From contig VGEI01000002.1 in assembly GCA_016869415.1 (NCBI GenBank), positions 1 to 35,995 on the forward strand: a stretch of DNA of 35,995 bases, read 5' to 3'. Numbering within the stretch: the first letter of the stretch is position 1; every line of letters starts with the position of its first letter. Below the pieces are notes generated by a model. That model had not been told where the DNA came from, did not search any database, and worked only from the letters and a program-made list of their open reading frames with translations. The DNA is from Alphaproteobacteria bacterium. Lineage in GTDB: Bacteria > Pseudomonadota > Alphaproteobacteria > CACIAM-22H2. Position numbers and translations under genes: made by a program. Of this stretch, positions 1 through 10,067 are shown one piece after another.

Positions 1-37
1 GCGAGTGTGGCACTCGTTAACTGCCACCTCAGCCTCG

Positions 38-86
38 CCGCCGCGAAGCGGGGGGAATCCTCCTCCCTCTCCCTGCTTCGCGGCGG
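38..86. repeat. Stem-loop: 12-bp inverted repeat CCGCCGCGAAGC (38-49) / GCTTCGCGGCGG (75-86) around a 25-nt loop containing CCTCCTCCCTCTCCC; lies just downstream of the GntR-family gene on the minus strand
   Basis: Arms read directly and are exact reverse complements. The loop carries the same CCCTCTCC motif as the repeats at 27.5, 28.7 and 29.1 kb. No T-run follows, so it is not a canonical terminator. Confidence 0.5.
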
Positions 87-113
87 AGCTGTCTTTGGGC
101 CTCGGCGGACTGC

Positions 114-812
114 TCAACCGTTCTCGCTGATAGCTTTCAGCAGTATCTCTTTGACGCCCAGCAGGTGGGCTTCCATTGACGCGGCGACCGCTGCCGGGTC
201 ACGCTTGCGCAGCGCGGCCAAGATACGTTCGTGGTCTGCGTGCCAGCGATCATGGATGTCGCCGAGATAGAGCGTGCCATGCAGCCGCGTCCACATCGGC
301 CCCTCCCGCCAGTCCCAGAGCTCCTTCACCGTACGGGCCAGCAAGGCGTTGTGGGTCGCACGTGCGATGTTGAGGTGGAAGAGTCTGTCCGCCTCCCAGC
401 TGCTCGCTTCGTTGTTGTGCTCAGCTCGCATTGCCGCGAGGTTTTCCGCGATAGCGTCCAGCTCCTCGCCGGTCGCATTAACGGCGGCGAGCGCGGCCGT
501 CCCTGACTCGATCGCCCGGCGCGCGTCGATCAGCTCGAACGGTCCCGGGCCCGGGTCGTCCTTCGCCGCCTCCGTCTTTCGCGTCGCTGTGACATAGATG
601 CCGGACCCGATCCGGATATCGACCAGGCCGCCGATCTCGAGGGCAATCATGGCCTCGCGCACGGTGGCGCGCGACACGCCCAGCTTCGCGGCCAGGTCGC
701 GTTCCGGGGGCAATCGATCGCCCGGCGCAAACTCTCCGGCGCCGATCAGGCTCTCGATCTGATCGGCGATCTGCCGGTAGAGCCGGCGATTCTCCACCAT
801 CTGCACCGGCAT
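114..812 (-). CDS. GntR-family transcriptional regulator, FadR/FCD subfamily
   Basis: 232-aa ORF with ATG at 812. N-terminal wHTH LPPERDLAAKLGVSRATVREAMIALE is typical of GntR. The C-terminal helical FCD-like domain has His residues (DRLFHLNIARATHN, HDRWHADHERIL). Confidence 0.85.
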   Translation of the reverse strand: MPVQMVENRRLYRQIADQIESLIGAGEFAPGDRLPPERDLAAKLGVSRATVREAMIALEIGGLVDIRIGSGIYVTATRKTEAAKDDPGPGPFELIDARRAIESGTAALAAVNATGEELDAIAENLAAMRAEHNNEASSWEADRLFHLNIARATHNALLARTVKELWDWREGPMWTRLHGTLYLGDIHDRWHADHERILAALRKRDPAAVAASMEAHLLGVKEILLKAISENG

Positions 813-952
813 GGGCTCCTCCGCGCTCTTCCCGTCGCACCGCCTTGCCGGCGCTTATCTGTCCCCTGATAGTCGACGCGCGGCCGTCCATAAGCAAGTC
901 GCCAGAAGCGTCCGCAGGGCGTGGCCTTCGTCGAATATCCGCTATGAGATGA

Positions 953-1028
953 TGGTGGCAGGGGCCGGGATTGAACCGGCGACCTCGGGCTTATGAGTCC
1001 CTTGCTCTACCAACTGAGCTACCCTGCC
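953..1028 (-). tRNA. tRNA with CAU anticodon (Met; a lysidine-modified tRNA-Ile2 cannot be excluded)
   Basis: Reverse complement GGCAGGGTAGCTCAGTTGGTAGAGCAAGGGACTCATAAGCCCGAGGTCGCCGGTTCAATCCCGGCCCCTGCCACCA folds as a 76-nt cloverleaf: acceptor GGCAGGG/CCCTGCC, D arm GCTC/GAGC, T arm GCCGG-TTCAATC-CCGGC, loop CTCATAA, encoded CCA. Confidence 0.85.
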
Positions 1029-1095
1029 GCCCCGAGACGTGGCGATATAGACGCTCGCCGATTGGGCGTCAACCGCGCCCTAACCGGCTGGTTTT

Positions 1096-2208
1096 TCAAG
1101 CCGCTTCGCGGTGCACCTCGGCCGCGATCCAGCCGCCTCCCATGACCCGCGCGCCGCGGTAGACAACACAGGCCTGCCCAGGCGCCACGCCGTACTCGGG
1201 CTCATGAAGCACGGCCATCCCGCGGCCGCCATTCAGGTAGAGCGTGGCCGGAAGCAGCCGGCTGGTCGAACGCAGGCGGACCTCGACCTCGAGACCGTCG
1301 CCTCGCAGCCCTTCCGCCAGCCAATTGACCTGACGCAACGTCACCTGCCTCCGGGCAAGAGCCTCGCGAGGACCCACGACCACGCGGCGGGTTCCCGGCT
1401 CCAGGCGAACGACATAGAGCGGCTCGCCGGTACCCACTCCAAGACCGCGCCGCTGGCCGATAGTGTAGTGGATGATTCCATTGTGGCGGCCCAGCACTGC
1501 GCCACCAACATGCACGATGTCGCCGGGCTCCGCCGCCCCGGGCCGCAGTTTCTCGACCACGCGCGCATAGGAACCGTTCGGCACGAAGCAGATGTCCTGA
1601 CTGTCCGGCTTGGCGGCCACCGCCAGGCCGAAACGGGCGGCGATGGCGCGGGTCTCGCCCTTGGGCAATCCGCCGAGCGGAAAGCGCAGGAAATCGAGCT
1701 GAGAGCGCGTCGTGGCAAAGAGAAAGTAGCTCTGGTCGCGCGTCGCATCGGCCGCGCGATGAAGCTCGACCCCCCCTGGACCTATGACGCGCCGTACATA
1801 GTGACCCGTCGCCAGCGCCGCAGCACCCAGGTCACGGGCCGTAGTCACGAGATCCCGGAACTTGACCGTGCGGTTGCACTCGACGCAAGGAATGGGCGTT
1901 TCGCCCTGTGCATACGCGTCGGCAAAAGACTCCATGACGTCGGCTTTGAAGCGCTGCTCGTAGTCGAGAACGTAATGCGCGATGCCCAGCCGTTCGGCAA
2001 CACGGCGCGCGTCGTCAATGTCCTGACCGGCGCAACAGGCGCCCTTCCTGCCTACGGCGGCACCGTGATCATAGAGCTGCAACGTAACGCCGACGACGTC
2101 GTAGCCCTGCTCGACCAGAAGCGCGGCCGTAGCTGAGGAATCGACGCCGCCGGACATGGCGACGACGATGCGCGCACCCACTGGTAGATCGTCGATCCGG
2201 GCGCTCAT
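1096..2208 (-). CDS. mnmA: tRNA-specific 2-thiouridylase MnmA
   Basis: PP-loop motif [11 protein letters not shown], conserved CCAGQD and [13 protein letters not shown] regions. Track ORF 1096..2391 trimmed to the ATG at 2208 (MSARIDDL...), which sits 1 nt after the iscX stop. Confidence 0.9.
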   Translation of the reverse strand: MSARIDDLPVGARIVVAMSGGVDSSATAALLVEQGYDVVGVTLQLYDHGAAVGRKGACCAGQDIDDARRVAERLGIAHYVLDYEQRFKADVMESFADAYAQGETPIPCVECNRTVKFRDLVTTARDLGAAALATGHYVRRVIGPGGVELHRAADATRDQSYFLFATTRSQLDFLRFPLGGLPKGETRAIAARFGLAVAAKPDSQDICFVPNGSYARVVEKLRPGAAEPGDIVHVGGAVLGRHNGIIHYTIGQRRGLGVGTGEPLYVVRLEPGTRRVVVGPREALARRQVTLRQVNWLAEGLRGDGLEVEVRLRSTSRLLPATLYLNGGRGMAVLHEPEYGVAPGQACVVYRGARVMGGGWIAAEVHREAA

Positions 2209-2209
2209 C

Positions 2210-2416
2210 TCAGTCGAGTTCCTCCAGCCAGGCCGCCTGGATAGCCTCGAGAATCTTCTCGTTAGACTTTTGCGGATCGTCGGCAAAGCCGGGCAGCTCC
2301 TGCACCCATTTCCACAGGTCGGTGAAGCGCAGATTGACGACGTCGACGTCCGGCTTCGCCTCGGCGAGTTGGATGGCGATCTCGCGCACATCCGTCCATT
2401 TCAGAGTCTGCGGCAC
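2210..2416 (-). CDS. iscX: Fe-S assembly protein IscX (YfhJ family)
   Basis: 68 aa. [15 protein letters not shown]...[40 protein letters not shown] matches the remembered E. coli IscX pattern ([21 protein letters not shown]). GTG start at 2416, directly after fdx. Confidence 0.85.
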   Translation of the reverse strand: MPQTLKWTDVREIAIQLAEAKPDVDVVNLRFTDLWKWVQELPGFADDPQKSNEKILEAIQAAWLEELD

Positions 2417-2423
2417 GGCTGGC

Positions 2424-2759
2424 CTATTTGCTGACCATCATGTTGCGGGTCGCCTGCGGCAATGTCACCGTCAGCCCGTCGAGTTCCTCAGTGATAATGA
2501 TCTGGCAGCCCAGCCGCGAGGTGTGCGTCAAGCCAAAGGCCAGGTCGAGCATATCTTCCTCGTCCTCCGTCGCATCGCTCAGACGCTCGTAGTCGTCGGG
2601 GCTAACAATCACGTGGCAAGTCGAGCAGGCAAGCGAACCCTCGCAGGCGCCTTCGAGCGAAATACCGTTACGGTGCGCGATCTCAAGCACCGACAACCCG
2701 ACCGGGGCATCGACCTCCTTGCGAGTGCCATCGGTGTTGACGAACGTCATCTTGGGCAT
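2424..2759 (-). CDS. fdx: ISC-type [2Fe-2S] ferredoxin (adrenodoxin-like Fdx)
   Basis: Cys ligand pattern [14 protein letters not shown] ... RLGCQI and acidic [11 protein letters not shown] patch. ATG at 2759 (MPKMTF...) preceded by GGAG; the track ORF begins one codon earlier at a TTG. Confidence 0.9.
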   Translation of the reverse strand: MPKMTFVNTDGTRKEVDAPVGLSVLEIAHRNGISLEGACEGSLACSTCHVIVSPDDYERLSDATEDEEDMLDLAFGLTHTSRLGCQIIITEELDGLTVTLPQATRNMMVSK

Positions 2760-2820
2760 CAATCAGGCTCCAACCATCCAAATCATATCGATCTATTTCA
2801 AAGAGCTAAGGCCAATGCCG

Positions 2821-4683
2821 TCAGCGAAGCTGGTCGACATGCCGGCCGGCAAGCGCCGCCCGTATACCACGATCCATGCGCTTCTCGGCAAAACTCCGCG
2901 TCCCTTGCTCAAGCCCCTCGACCGCGGCGCTGATTGCATCGCGGTCGCTGCCGGAGATAGCCCGTTCCACGCCCTCCACCGCCGTGTCGATGGCCACACG
3001 TTCAGCAGCATCCAGCAGGTCGCCGTCGACCGCCAAGGCGGAGGTGACTGCATTGACTGCACGCCGCGCCTCGACGCGCGCCTCGGTCAGCAGCCGGCGC
3101 GTCATATCCTCCTGCGCATTCTCGATACTGGCGCGCAGCATCCCCGCCATCTCGTCTTCGGAGAGGCCATAGCTTGGCTTGGTCTCGACCCGTGCTTCGA
3201 TGCCGGTGGTCTTCTCCTGGGCACTGACTGTCAGCAGCCCGTCGGCATCGACAGCGAAGCTCACGCGGATCCGGGCAGCGCCTGCAACCATCGGCGGGAT
3301 GCCGCGCAGCTCGAAGCGCGCTAGCGAGCGGTTCTGATCGACCATCTCGCGCTCCCCCTGAACGACGTGGATGGCCATTGCTGTCTGGCCATCTTGATAG
3401 GTGGTGAACTCCTGCGCCTTGGCCACGGGGATCGGCGTATTGCGTTCGACGATCTTCTCGACCAGCCCGCCCATGGTCTCCAGGCCGAGCGAAAGCGGCG
3501 TTACGTCGAGCAACAGCGTATCGGACCCGGCGGTGAGAGCCTCAGCCTGCAGTGCTGCGCCAACGGCCACGACCTCGTCGGGATTGATGTCGGAGAGCGG
3601 TTCGCGCCCGAACAGTGCCGCCACCTTACGCCGTACCAGCGGCGTGCGGGTCGAGCCGCCCACGAGAACAACGCCCTGCAATCCCGTCGGCTCCACGCCG
3701 GCGTCTTCGAGCACCTGCCGGCAGATGCCGAGAGTGCGTTCGAGCCACGGGGCGATGATGGTTTCCAATGTCGCACGATCGAGTGCGTGGCTGGATCTTA
3801 CTTCACCGATAGCGACGGCAGCCTTCCAGTCCGTCTCCTCGGTCAGGGCCTCCTTGGCGCCGCGTGCCACGAGGAGCATCTGTTTAACCTCATCGGCGCT
3901 GACCCGGCCGCCGCGCTCCCTGAGAAACATCTCGGCAATCGCATGATCGAAATCGTCGCCACCGAGGGCCGTGTCGCCGCCGGTGGCGAGAACCTGGAAC
4001 ACACCCTTCTCTAGCCGCAGCAGCGAGAAGTCGAACGTACCGCCGCCAAGGTCGTAGATGGCGTAGAGGCCTTCGGAACCGCTATCGAGGCCGTAGGCCA
4101 GGGCTGCCGCCGTCGGCTCGTTGACCAGACGCAGAGTTTCGAGCCCCGCAATACGGGCGGCGTCCCGCGTCGCCGTGCGCGCAGCATCGTCGAAATAGGC
4201 CGGCACCGTAATCACCGCCCGATCCACGCTCTGTCCCAGCGCGATCTCCGCACGATCCTTGAGGGTCCGCAGGACATCCGCCGAGATCTCGACGGGAGAA
4301 AGGAGCCGTTTCCCGATCTTGAGGCGCACCATGCCGCCTTCGGCCGGCGGACCGAGCTCATAGGGCAGCGTCCCGCCCAAAGTCTTCACATCCCCGGTCC
4401 CCCGCCCCATCAGGCGCTTGATCGAGCTGACGACCGTCTCGGGCTGATATTCGAGCTCACGAAGTGCCGCATCGCCGACCCGCACGACGCCATCCTCGCC
4501 ATAAGCGACGATCGACGGCACCAGCGCGTTGCCGGCCGCATCGCGGAGGACTTCAGCCTTGCCTTGACGAGCAATCGCGACAACCGAATTGGTTGTGCCG
4601 AGATCGATACCGACGGCAAGCCCCCGCTCCTGCTCATGCGGCAGCGGCGTCTCGCCCGGCTCGTGAATCTGAAGAAGCTGCAT
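2821..4683 (-). CDS. hscA: Fe-S cluster chaperone HscA (Hsp70 family)
   Basis: Hsp70 motifs [27 protein letters not shown]. Track ORF trimmed to the ATG at 4683 ([10 protein letters not shown]...), 8 nt downstream of the hscB stop. Confidence 0.9.
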   Translation of the reverse strand: MQLLQIHEPGETPLPHEQERGLAVGIDLGTTNSVVAIARQGKAEVLRDAAGNALVPSIVAYGEDGVVRVGDAALRELEYQPETVVSSIKRLMGRGTGDVKTLGGTLPYELGPPAEGGMVRLKIGKRLLSPVEISADVLRTLKDRAEIALGQSVDRAVITVPAYFDDAARTATRDAARIAGLETLRLVNEPTAAALAYGLDSGSEGLYAIYDLGGGTFDFSLLRLEKGVFQVLATGGDTALGGDDFDHAIAEMFLRERGGRVSADEVKQMLLVARGAKEALTEETDWKAAVAIGEVRSSHALDRATLETIIAPWLERTLGICRQVLEDAGVEPTGLQGVVLVGGSTRTPLVRRKVAALFGREPLSDINPDEVVAVGAALQAEALTAGSDTLLLDVTPLSLGLETMGGLVEKIVERNTPIPVAKAQEFTTYQDGQTAMAIHVVQGEREMVDQNRSLARFELRGIPPMVAGAARIRVSFAVDADGLLTVSAQEKTTGIEARVETKPSYGLSEDEMAGMLRASIENAQEDMTRRLLTEARVEARRAVNAVTSALAVDGDLLDAAERVAIDTAVEGVERAISGSDRDAISAAVEGLEQGTRSFAEKRMDRGIRAALAGRHVDQLR

Positions 4684-4690
4684 GATCGGG

Positions 4691-5338
4691 CTAGGCGGCG
4701 GAAGAGGTCCCGGCGGCCAAGCGCGCCTTACGGGCCCGCGCTTCCTCGACCAGCTTGACGAGATACTTGAGCCGCGTCGTCTCCGCCCCAGCCTTTTCGA
4801 GCTGGCCGGCAGCAAAGGCAGCGGCAATTGCCGCTTCACTCTCCGTAACATGGCTTGCCGCCTCGCGTGCCAGCGTGTCCACGGCGGCGGCGGTCGAGGC
4901 CGCCACCAAGGCTTCGCGCCGCTCCATCTGCTCCATGAGCAGGGTGGGGTCCTTGACCGTGTGGCAACCGTCGGGATTGGCGTCGATACCCTTGAGCTTC
5001 AGCAGGTAGGTTGCCCGCTCCAGCGGATCTTTCAGCGTCTCATAGGCCTCGTTGAGAGCCACAGCCTGGCTTTGCGAGATCGCCCGCTCGCGGGAGGTTC
5101 TGGTGGCAAAGCGGTCGGGGTGGAGCTGGCGCTGCAGGGCGAAATAGCGGCGGTCTAGCTCCACCGGGTCGACGGAAAAATCGACCGGCAGGCCCAGCCG
5201 GGCAAAATGGTCAAGCACCCGCGGCGGCTGAACCGCACGACAAGTCGCGCAGAACGTCGACGCCGCATCGACTGGACCGCCGCAGGACCAGCAGACGCCG
5301 GGTGTCGAAGCCGTCAGGGATCCGTCGAGAGCAGCCAT
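4691..5338 (-). CDS. hscB: Fe-S co-chaperone HscB (J-domain) with N-terminal CxxC...CxxC segment
   Basis: J-domain with HPD motif ([10 protein letters not shown]) and a C-terminal helical domain. Start chosen at ATG 5338 (MAALDGS..., AAGG upstream). The longer GTG start at 5407 lacks an RBS but cannot be excluded. Confidence 0.8.
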   Translation of the reverse strand: MAALDGSLTASTPGVCWSCGGPVDAASTFCATCRAVQPPRVLDHFARLGLPVDFSVDPVELDRRYFALQRQLHPDRFATRTSRERAISQSQAVALNEAYETLKDPLERATYLLKLKGIDANPDGCHTVKDPTLLMEQMERREALVAASTAAAVDTLAREAASHVTESEAAIAAAFAAGQLEKAGAETTRLKYLVKLVEEARARKARLAAGTSSAA

Positions 5339-5417
5339 TGCCTTCTGCCACCAAAACGTTGCGGCCGGCACCCCGCCGAACCGGCGAGGCCCGTCCGCGC
5401 GGAGCACCGCATTGCCG

Positions 5418-5846
5418 TCAGACGTGGAAGGATTCGCCGCAGCCGCAGCGGCCCTTCTCGTTCGGGTTCCGAAACACGAAACCGGACTGCAGCTTGTCCT
5501 CGGTGAAATCCATCTCCGTGCCGAACAGGAACATCGACGCCTTGGGGTCGATCAGGATGGTTACGCCGTCGACCTCGACAGCCTCGTCGCCAGGCGTCCT
5601 GGCGTCGGCGTATTCCAGGGTGTAGCTGAGACCAGAGCAGCCGCGTGTGCGCACGCCGATGCGCACGCCGACCGACGGCTTGCCGCGCTTCTCGAGCAGT
5701 GCCTTGACCCGCCCCAAGGCCGCAGGTGTCACGTTCATCGGCGGCGGGCGCGGCCGCGCCGGCCGCTTGGCCGGCGCGGCCGCCGGGTTGCCTGGCGCCG
5801 GATGCGGCGCCGGAGCCGTCGGGGGCGTGGGCTCGCTGAGGTTCAT
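5418..5846 (-). CDS. iscA: Iron-sulfur cluster insertion protein IscA (HesB family) with Pro/Ala-rich N-terminal extension
   Basis: A-type carrier Cys motifs RTRGCSG and GRCGCGESF. ATG at 5846 is preceded by GGAG; the track start at 5852 is a GTG overlapping the iscU stop. Confidence 0.85.
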   Translation of the reverse strand: MNLSEPTPPTAPAPHPAPGNPAAAPAKRPARPRPPPMNVTPAALGRVKALLEKRGKPSVGVRIGVRTRGCSGLSYTLEYADARTPGDEAVEVDGVTILIDPKASMFLFGTEMDFTEDKLQSGFVFRNPNEKGRCGCGESFHV

Positions 5847-5848
5847 TG

Positions 5849-6247
5849 TCACTCCGCCGCCTTTGCCTGGCCGTGCTTGGCCCTATAGTCACCAATCGCC
5901 GCCTTGATCGCATCTTCAGCCAGGACAGAACAGTGGATCTTCACGGGCGGCAGCGCCAGGTGCTGGGCGATCTCGGTGTTCTTGATCGTCGCGGCCTCGT
6001 CGAGCGTCTTGCCCTTGACCCACTCTGTCACCAGCGAGCTCGAGGCGATTGCCGAGCCGCAGCCGAAGGTCTTGAACTTGGCATCCTCGATGATGCCGTC
6101 CGGACTCACCTTGATCTGCAGCTTCATCACGTCGCCACAGGCCGGCGCGCCGACCAGGCCGGTGCCGACACCCGGATCGTTCTTGTCGAGCGACCCCACG
6201 TTGCGCGGGTGCTCGTAGTGGTCAATGACCTTTTCGCTGTATGCCAT
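5849..6247 (-). CDS. iscU: Fe-S cluster scaffold IscU
   Basis: All hallmark motifs are present: GAPACGD, FGCGSAIA, LPPVKIHCSVLA (three Cys ligands plus the LPPVK HscA-binding motif). GGAG RBS upstream of ATG 6247. Confidence 0.95.
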   Translation of the reverse strand: MAYSEKVIDHYEHPRNVGSLDKNDPGVGTGLVGAPACGDVMKLQIKVSPDGIIEDAKFKTFGCGSAIASSSLVTEWVKGKTLDEAATIKNTEIAQHLALPPVKIHCSVLAEDAIKAAIGDYRAKHGQAKAAE

Positions 6248-6301
6248 GCTCGTCTCCGTTCGATTCCGCTTATAGCATGCCCTTGCCAGCCCCCAGTGGG
6301 G

Positions 6302-7567
6302 TCAGTGGGCCGCCCATTGAATCTTGGTGATGTCGATACCCTCCTGCGCCATTTCCCACAGCGGGCTCATCTGACGCAGTTTCGTCACCGCCTCGACGAT
6401 GCGATCAGCCGCATAGTCGACCTCGCTCTCGGTGGTGAAGCGGCCGAAGCCGATACGCAGGCTGGTGTGGGCGAGGTCTTCCGTCACGCCCAGCGCCCGC
6501 AACACATAGGACGGCTCGAGCGAGGCCGAGGTGCAGGCCGAACCCGACGAGACCGACAGGTCCTTGATGCCCATCATCAGCCCTTCGCCTTCGACATAGG
6601 CGAACGACAGATTGAGATTGCCCGGCAGCCGGTGCTCCATGTCGCCGTTGAGGTAGACCTCGGGCAGCCGGCTGGTGACCGACTTATAGAACCGGTCGCG
6701 CAGCTTGAGCAGCTTCGCGGTCTCGTCCGCCATCTCCCTGCGGGCGATCTCGGCCGCGGCACCCAGCCCAACGCAAAGCGGTGTCGGCAACGTGCCAGAG
6801 CGGAAGCCACGCTCCTGGCCGCCGCCGTGAATAAGCGGAACAAGACGCACACGTGGCTTACGCCGGACAAAGAGCGCCCCGATACCCTTCGGTCCATAGA
6901 TCTTGTGGCCGGAGATGCTCATCAGGTCGATCTTCATCGCCTCGACGTCGAGCGGAATCTTGCCGAAGGCCTGCGCGCAGTCGGTATGGAAGAATACGCC
7001 ACGCGCACGGCACAGCTCGCCGATCTCCTTTAGGGGCTGGATGACGCCGATCTCGTTGTTGGCGGCCATGACCGAGACGAGCACCGTCTTGTCGGTGATC
7101 ACGTTTCTCAGCACGTCGAGATCGACCAGCCCGTCCTTCTTAACCGGCAGATAGGTGACTTTGAAACCTTCCATCTCGAGATGGCGGCAGGTATCGAGCA
7201 CGCATTTGTGCTCGGTCTGCAACGTGACGATATGGTCCTTCCGGTCCTTGTAGAAGCGGGCGACACCGGCAATGGCTAGATTGTTGGACTCGGTGGCGCC
7301 GGAGGTGAAGACGATCTCGCGCTCGTCGGCGCCGATCAGCTCGGCGACCTGCTTGCGCGCCTTCTCCACGGCCTCCTCGGCTTCCCAGCCATGCTCGTGG
7401 TTGCGCGAATGCGGGTTGCCGAACTTCTCGACGAAGTAGGGCATCATCGCCTCGACCACGCGCGGGTCCGTCGGCGTCGTGGCCTGGTAGTCGAGATAGA
7501 CCGGCCGCTTCGGCAGATTGCTGCCGCTGGTCTTCTTCACGACCGTGGCCTGGGGTACCGTCGCCAT
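6302..7567 (-). CDS. iscS: Cysteine desulfurase IscS (group I)
   Basis: PLP-lysine motif [10 protein letters not shown] and active-site loop [17 protein letters not shown]. Track ORF trimmed to the ATG at 7567 (MATVPQ...) with GAAGGGAAG upstream. Confidence 0.9.
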   Translation of the reverse strand: MATVPQATVVKKTSGSNLPKRPVYLDYQATTPTDPRVVEAMMPYFVEKFGNPHSRNHEHGWEAEEAVEKARKQVAELIGADEREIVFTSGATESNNLAIAGVARFYKDRKDHIVTLQTEHKCVLDTCRHLEMEGFKVTYLPVKKDGLVDLDVLRNVITDKTVLVSVMAANNEIGVIQPLKEIGELCRARGVFFHTDCAQAFGKIPLDVEAMKIDLMSISGHKIYGPKGIGALFVRRKPRVRLVPLIHGGGQERGFRSGTLPTPLCVGLGAAAEIARREMADETAKLLKLRDRFYKSVTSRLPEVYLNGDMEHRLPGNLNLSFAYVEGEGLMMGIKDLSVSSGSACTSASLEPSYVLRALGVTEDLAHTSLRIGFGRFTTESEVDYAADRIVEAVTKLRQMSPLWEMAQEGIDITKIQWAAH

Positions 7568-7583
7568 TGCTCTTCCCTTCGCG

Positions 7584-8729
7584 TCAAGCGGCCGGCACGG
7601 GGATGACCCGTGCGGCGTGCTGGTTGCCGCGGATGCGCGCGACCATGGTCGTCCAGGCATCCACGAAATGCTCGATATCCTCCGGCGCCGTGCGCCAGCC
7701 GAGGCTGATCCGGATCGCACTGCCGGCTATGTCAGGCGAATTGCCCATGGCGCGTAGCACATGCGACGACCGCACCTTGCCCGACGAGCAGGCCGCGCCG
7801 GCGCTTACCGCGATCCCTGCCAGATCCAGCGCCATCACTTGCGTTTCCGCCAGAACACCAGGTAGGGCAACGCAACTGGTGTTGGGCAGACGGCCAGCGC
7901 CCGGGGCCAGCACCACAACGTCCGGCGTCAAGCGCCGCAGGCGCTGCTCCATGACATCGCGCAAGGCGCCCAACGCCTGCATCGCCGGTAGTTCTTCGCG
8001 CGCCAACCGGGCCGCGACGCCGAAACCGCGGATCGCCGGCACATTCTCGGTGCCGGCCCGCCAGCCTCGTTCCTGCCCGCCGCCCAGAAGCATCGGATGC
8101 AGTTCGATATGGTCTCGCACGATAAGCGCGCCGATACCCTGCGGTCCGCCGAGCTTGTGCGCCGACAGCGCCAGGGTGTCGATTTCCAGGCGCGTCGCAT
8201 CGATGGCCATCTTTCCGGCCGCCTGCACTGCGTCGCAGTGCACTAACGCGCCATGGGCGTGCGCTAGATGGGTGACCAGGGCGAGCGGCTGCGTGGCGCC
8301 GGTCTCGTTGTTCGCCAACATCACACAGACAAGGGCCGGCCGCCGGTCGTCCTCCAGCTTCGCCTGGAGCACGGCCAGATCGACCTCGCCGCGCGCGTCG
8401 ACCGGGATGATCTCGGCGCCGGGAACGGCCCGCAGCACTGAGTCATGCTCGACCGCCGACACCAGAATGCGCCGTCCCGCACCTGCCGCCCTGATCGCCA
8501 GGTTGTTAGCCTCGGTGCCGCCGCTGGTGAAAATGACCTGCCGCGCTTCGGCGCCGACCAGGGCCGCAACCTCATCGCGCGCCGCCTCGATGGCGCGGCG
8601 GACAAGTCGGCCGAAGCGATGCACCGACGAGGCATTGCCGCACTCGCTCAGGGCCGCGGTCATCGCATCGATGACCGCTGGCTTGAGCGGCGCGGTCGCG
8701 TTGTAGTCGAGGTAAACCGGGCGTGTCAT
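7584..8729 (-). CDS. Second, NifS-like cysteine desulfurase (class V aminotransferase)
   Basis: 381 aa. [12 protein letters not shown]-terminus, PLP-lysine [10 protein letters not shown], catalytic Cys loop [11 protein letters not shown]. Shorter and divergent from the adjacent IscS. Confidence 0.85.
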   Translation of the reverse strand: MTRPVYLDYNATAPLKPAVIDAMTAALSECGNASSVHRFGRLVRRAIEAARDEVAALVGAEARQVIFTSGGTEANNLAIRAAGAGRRILVSAVEHDSVLRAVPGAEIIPVDARGEVDLAVLQAKLEDDRRPALVCVMLANNETGATQPLALVTHLAHAHGALVHCDAVQAAGKMAIDATRLEIDTLALSAHKLGGPQGIGALIVRDHIELHPMLLGGGQERGWRAGTENVPAIRGFGVAARLAREELPAMQALGALRDVMEQRLRRLTPDVVVLAPGAGRLPNTSCVALPGVLAETQVMALDLAGIAVSAGAACSSGKVRSSHVLRAMGNSPDIAGSAIRISLGWRTAPEDIEHFVDAWTTMVARIRGNQHAARVIPVPAA

Positions 8730-8747
8730 GGCCGGATAGGCAGCTCC

Positions 8748-9242
8748 TTATTCCGCTGCACTCGCACGGGAGGCGGGATCGGCGGCGTGGCCGGGTGCCG
8801 AGGTGTGGGAGATGACCCCCGATGTGCCAAGCACCTGTTTGTTGCAGATATCGGCAAGCGAGACTGAGCTCAGATAGAGGTGAATCTGGTTGCCGAGCTC
8901 TTCCCACAGATCGTGGGTGAGACAGCGACTTCTGTTGCTCCGGCAGCCGGCTGGAGAACCCGGCGCACAACGCGTAGCGCGGATCGGTTCGTCGACCGCG
9001 ACAATGATGTCAGAGACGCGGGACTCCTCGATCGGATGGGCCAGCAGGTAGCCGCCACCTGGTCCGCGTACGCTCTTCACCAGCCCGCCTTTGCGCAGCT
9101 TGGCGAAGAGCTGCTCCAGGTACGACAACGAAATTTCCTGCCGCTCGGCGATGTCGGCCAAGGCAATGGGCTGACCCTTGCTGTTGCTGGCAAGATCGAC
9201 CATCGCCATGACGGCATAGCGGCCCTTGGTGCTGAGCTTCAC
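8748..9242 (-). CDS. iscR: Rrf2-family Fe-S cluster regulator IscR
   Basis: GTG at 9242 gives (M)[17 protein letters not shown], the classic Rrf2 N-terminus, with AAGGAG about 8 nt upstream. Cluster ligands are in [20 protein letters not shown]. The GTGA overlap with the cysE stop implies coupling. Confidence 0.85.
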   Translation of the reverse strand: MKLSTKGRYAVMAMVDLASNSKGQPIALADIAERQEISLSYLEQLFAKLRKGGLVKSVRGPGGGYLLAHPIEESRVSDIIVAVDEPIRATRCAPGSPAGCRSNRSRCLTHDLWEELGNQIHLYLSSVSLADICNKQVLGTSGVISHTSAPGHAADPASRASAAE

Positions 9243-9985
9243 GGCCTTTCTCCTTTCGCCAGTTCCAGCGCTGCCTCGGGCCGGCCAAGCATGGCCACGC
9301 CCTCGGGCTCGCTCTGAGCCCGCAACACCGCGACCTGGTTCTCGAGTTCTGCGATTCGCGCCCGCATCGCCACTACGTCGCTGCATAGCCCGTCGAGCGC
9401 ACGCGCCACCGGATCGGGCAGATCGGGATCCTGACCATAGGCACAGAAATCCGCCCGATCTTTCGCCGGTAGGCGGATGACCGGATGCGCGGGTACGCCG
9501 ACCATGGTCGAGCCTGGGCTCACATCCTTGAGCACCACTGCGTTCGAGCCGATACGGGCTCCATCGCCGACTGTGACTGGGCCGAGGATCTTGGCGCCAG
9601 CGCCGACAATGACACCGTTGCCCAGCGTCGGGTGACGCTTGCCCGCCTCCAGGGAAATACCGCCCAGCAGGGCGCCCTGATAGAGCGTCACGTCGTCACC
9701 CACCTCGGCTGTTTCGCCGATGACGCAGGCCATACCGTGATCGACGAAGAGGCGGCGGCCGATCTTGGCCGCCGGATGAATCTCAATGCCCGTCAACCAG
9801 CGCGAGACATGGGAGATGAAGCGGCCCAGCAGTTTCAGGTTGGCGTTCCAGGCGGAATGAGCCAGGCGATGCATAACAACGGCATGCAGACCGGGGTAGC
9901 ATAATACCACTTCCAGTCGAGACCGTGCGGCCGGGTCACGCGCGCGGATCGCGTCGATGTCGTCCCTAATATCCTTGAAGATCAT
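9239..9985 (-). CDS. cysE: Serine O-acetyltransferase CysE
   Basis: N-terminal SATase helix region ([19 protein letters not shown]) followed by hexapeptide repeats ([44 protein letters not shown]). Confidence 0.85.
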   Translation of the reverse strand: MIFKDIRDDIDAIRARDPAARSRLEVVLCYPGLHAVVMHRLAHSAWNANLKLLGRFISHVSRWLTGIEIHPAAKIGRRLFVDHGMACVIGETAEVGDDVTLYQGALLGGISLEAGKRHPTLGNGVIVGAGAKILGPVTVGDGARIGSNAVVLKDVSPGSTMVGVPAHPVIRLPAKDRADFCAYGQDPDLPDPVARALDGLCSDVVAMRARIAELENQVAVLRAQSEPEGVAMLGRPEAALELAKGERP

Positions 9986-10067
9986 GGGCTCAACTACCTA
10001 TGATGCGCGCCGCGACCGCTAGGTCAACGTCCCGCCAAGACACGGAACGATTTACGGCTAGTCAGCG

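Noticed and set aside
855-872. TTATC-N8-GATAG imperfect inverted repeat upstream of the GntR-family gene as its operator.
   Set aside because: Only 4-bp arms match, which is too weak to distinguish from chance without comparative data.
813-1095. tRNA gene as an integration site for a prophage or genomic island.
   Set aside because: There is no integrase, no phage-like gene and no visible duplicate of the tRNA 3' end nearby. The flanking genes are a GntR regulator and mnmA.
1111-2136. 341-aa plus-strand ORF opposite mnmA. Similar long antisense or off-frame ORFs: 5846..7033 (+), 7567..8706 (+), 12061..13344 (-), 11877..13211 (+), 16632..17645 (-), 17724..18683 (-), 21135..22286 (+), 23264..24319 (+), 27795..28724 (+), 29136..29909 (-), 31129..32691 (-), 33071..34513 (-).
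   Set aside because: Their translations are Arg/Ala/Pro/Gly-rich low-complexity strings with no recognisable family motifs. Each lies opposite to, or out of frame with, a gene carrying clear motifs. Stop-free shadow frames of this kind are expected in high-GC DNA.
6302-7720. N-terminally extended versions of real genes as given in the track: iscS from 7720, hscA from 4851, mnmA from 2391, iscR from 9386, tyrS from 11935, CoA-transferase from 33359, binding protein from 29151, PP2C-like from 24279, mrr from 25466.
   Set aside because: The extensions overlap the upstream gene, are Arg/Pro-rich and lack homology to family N-termini. Internal starts have RBS-like purine tracts or stop/start coupling and give canonical N-termini.
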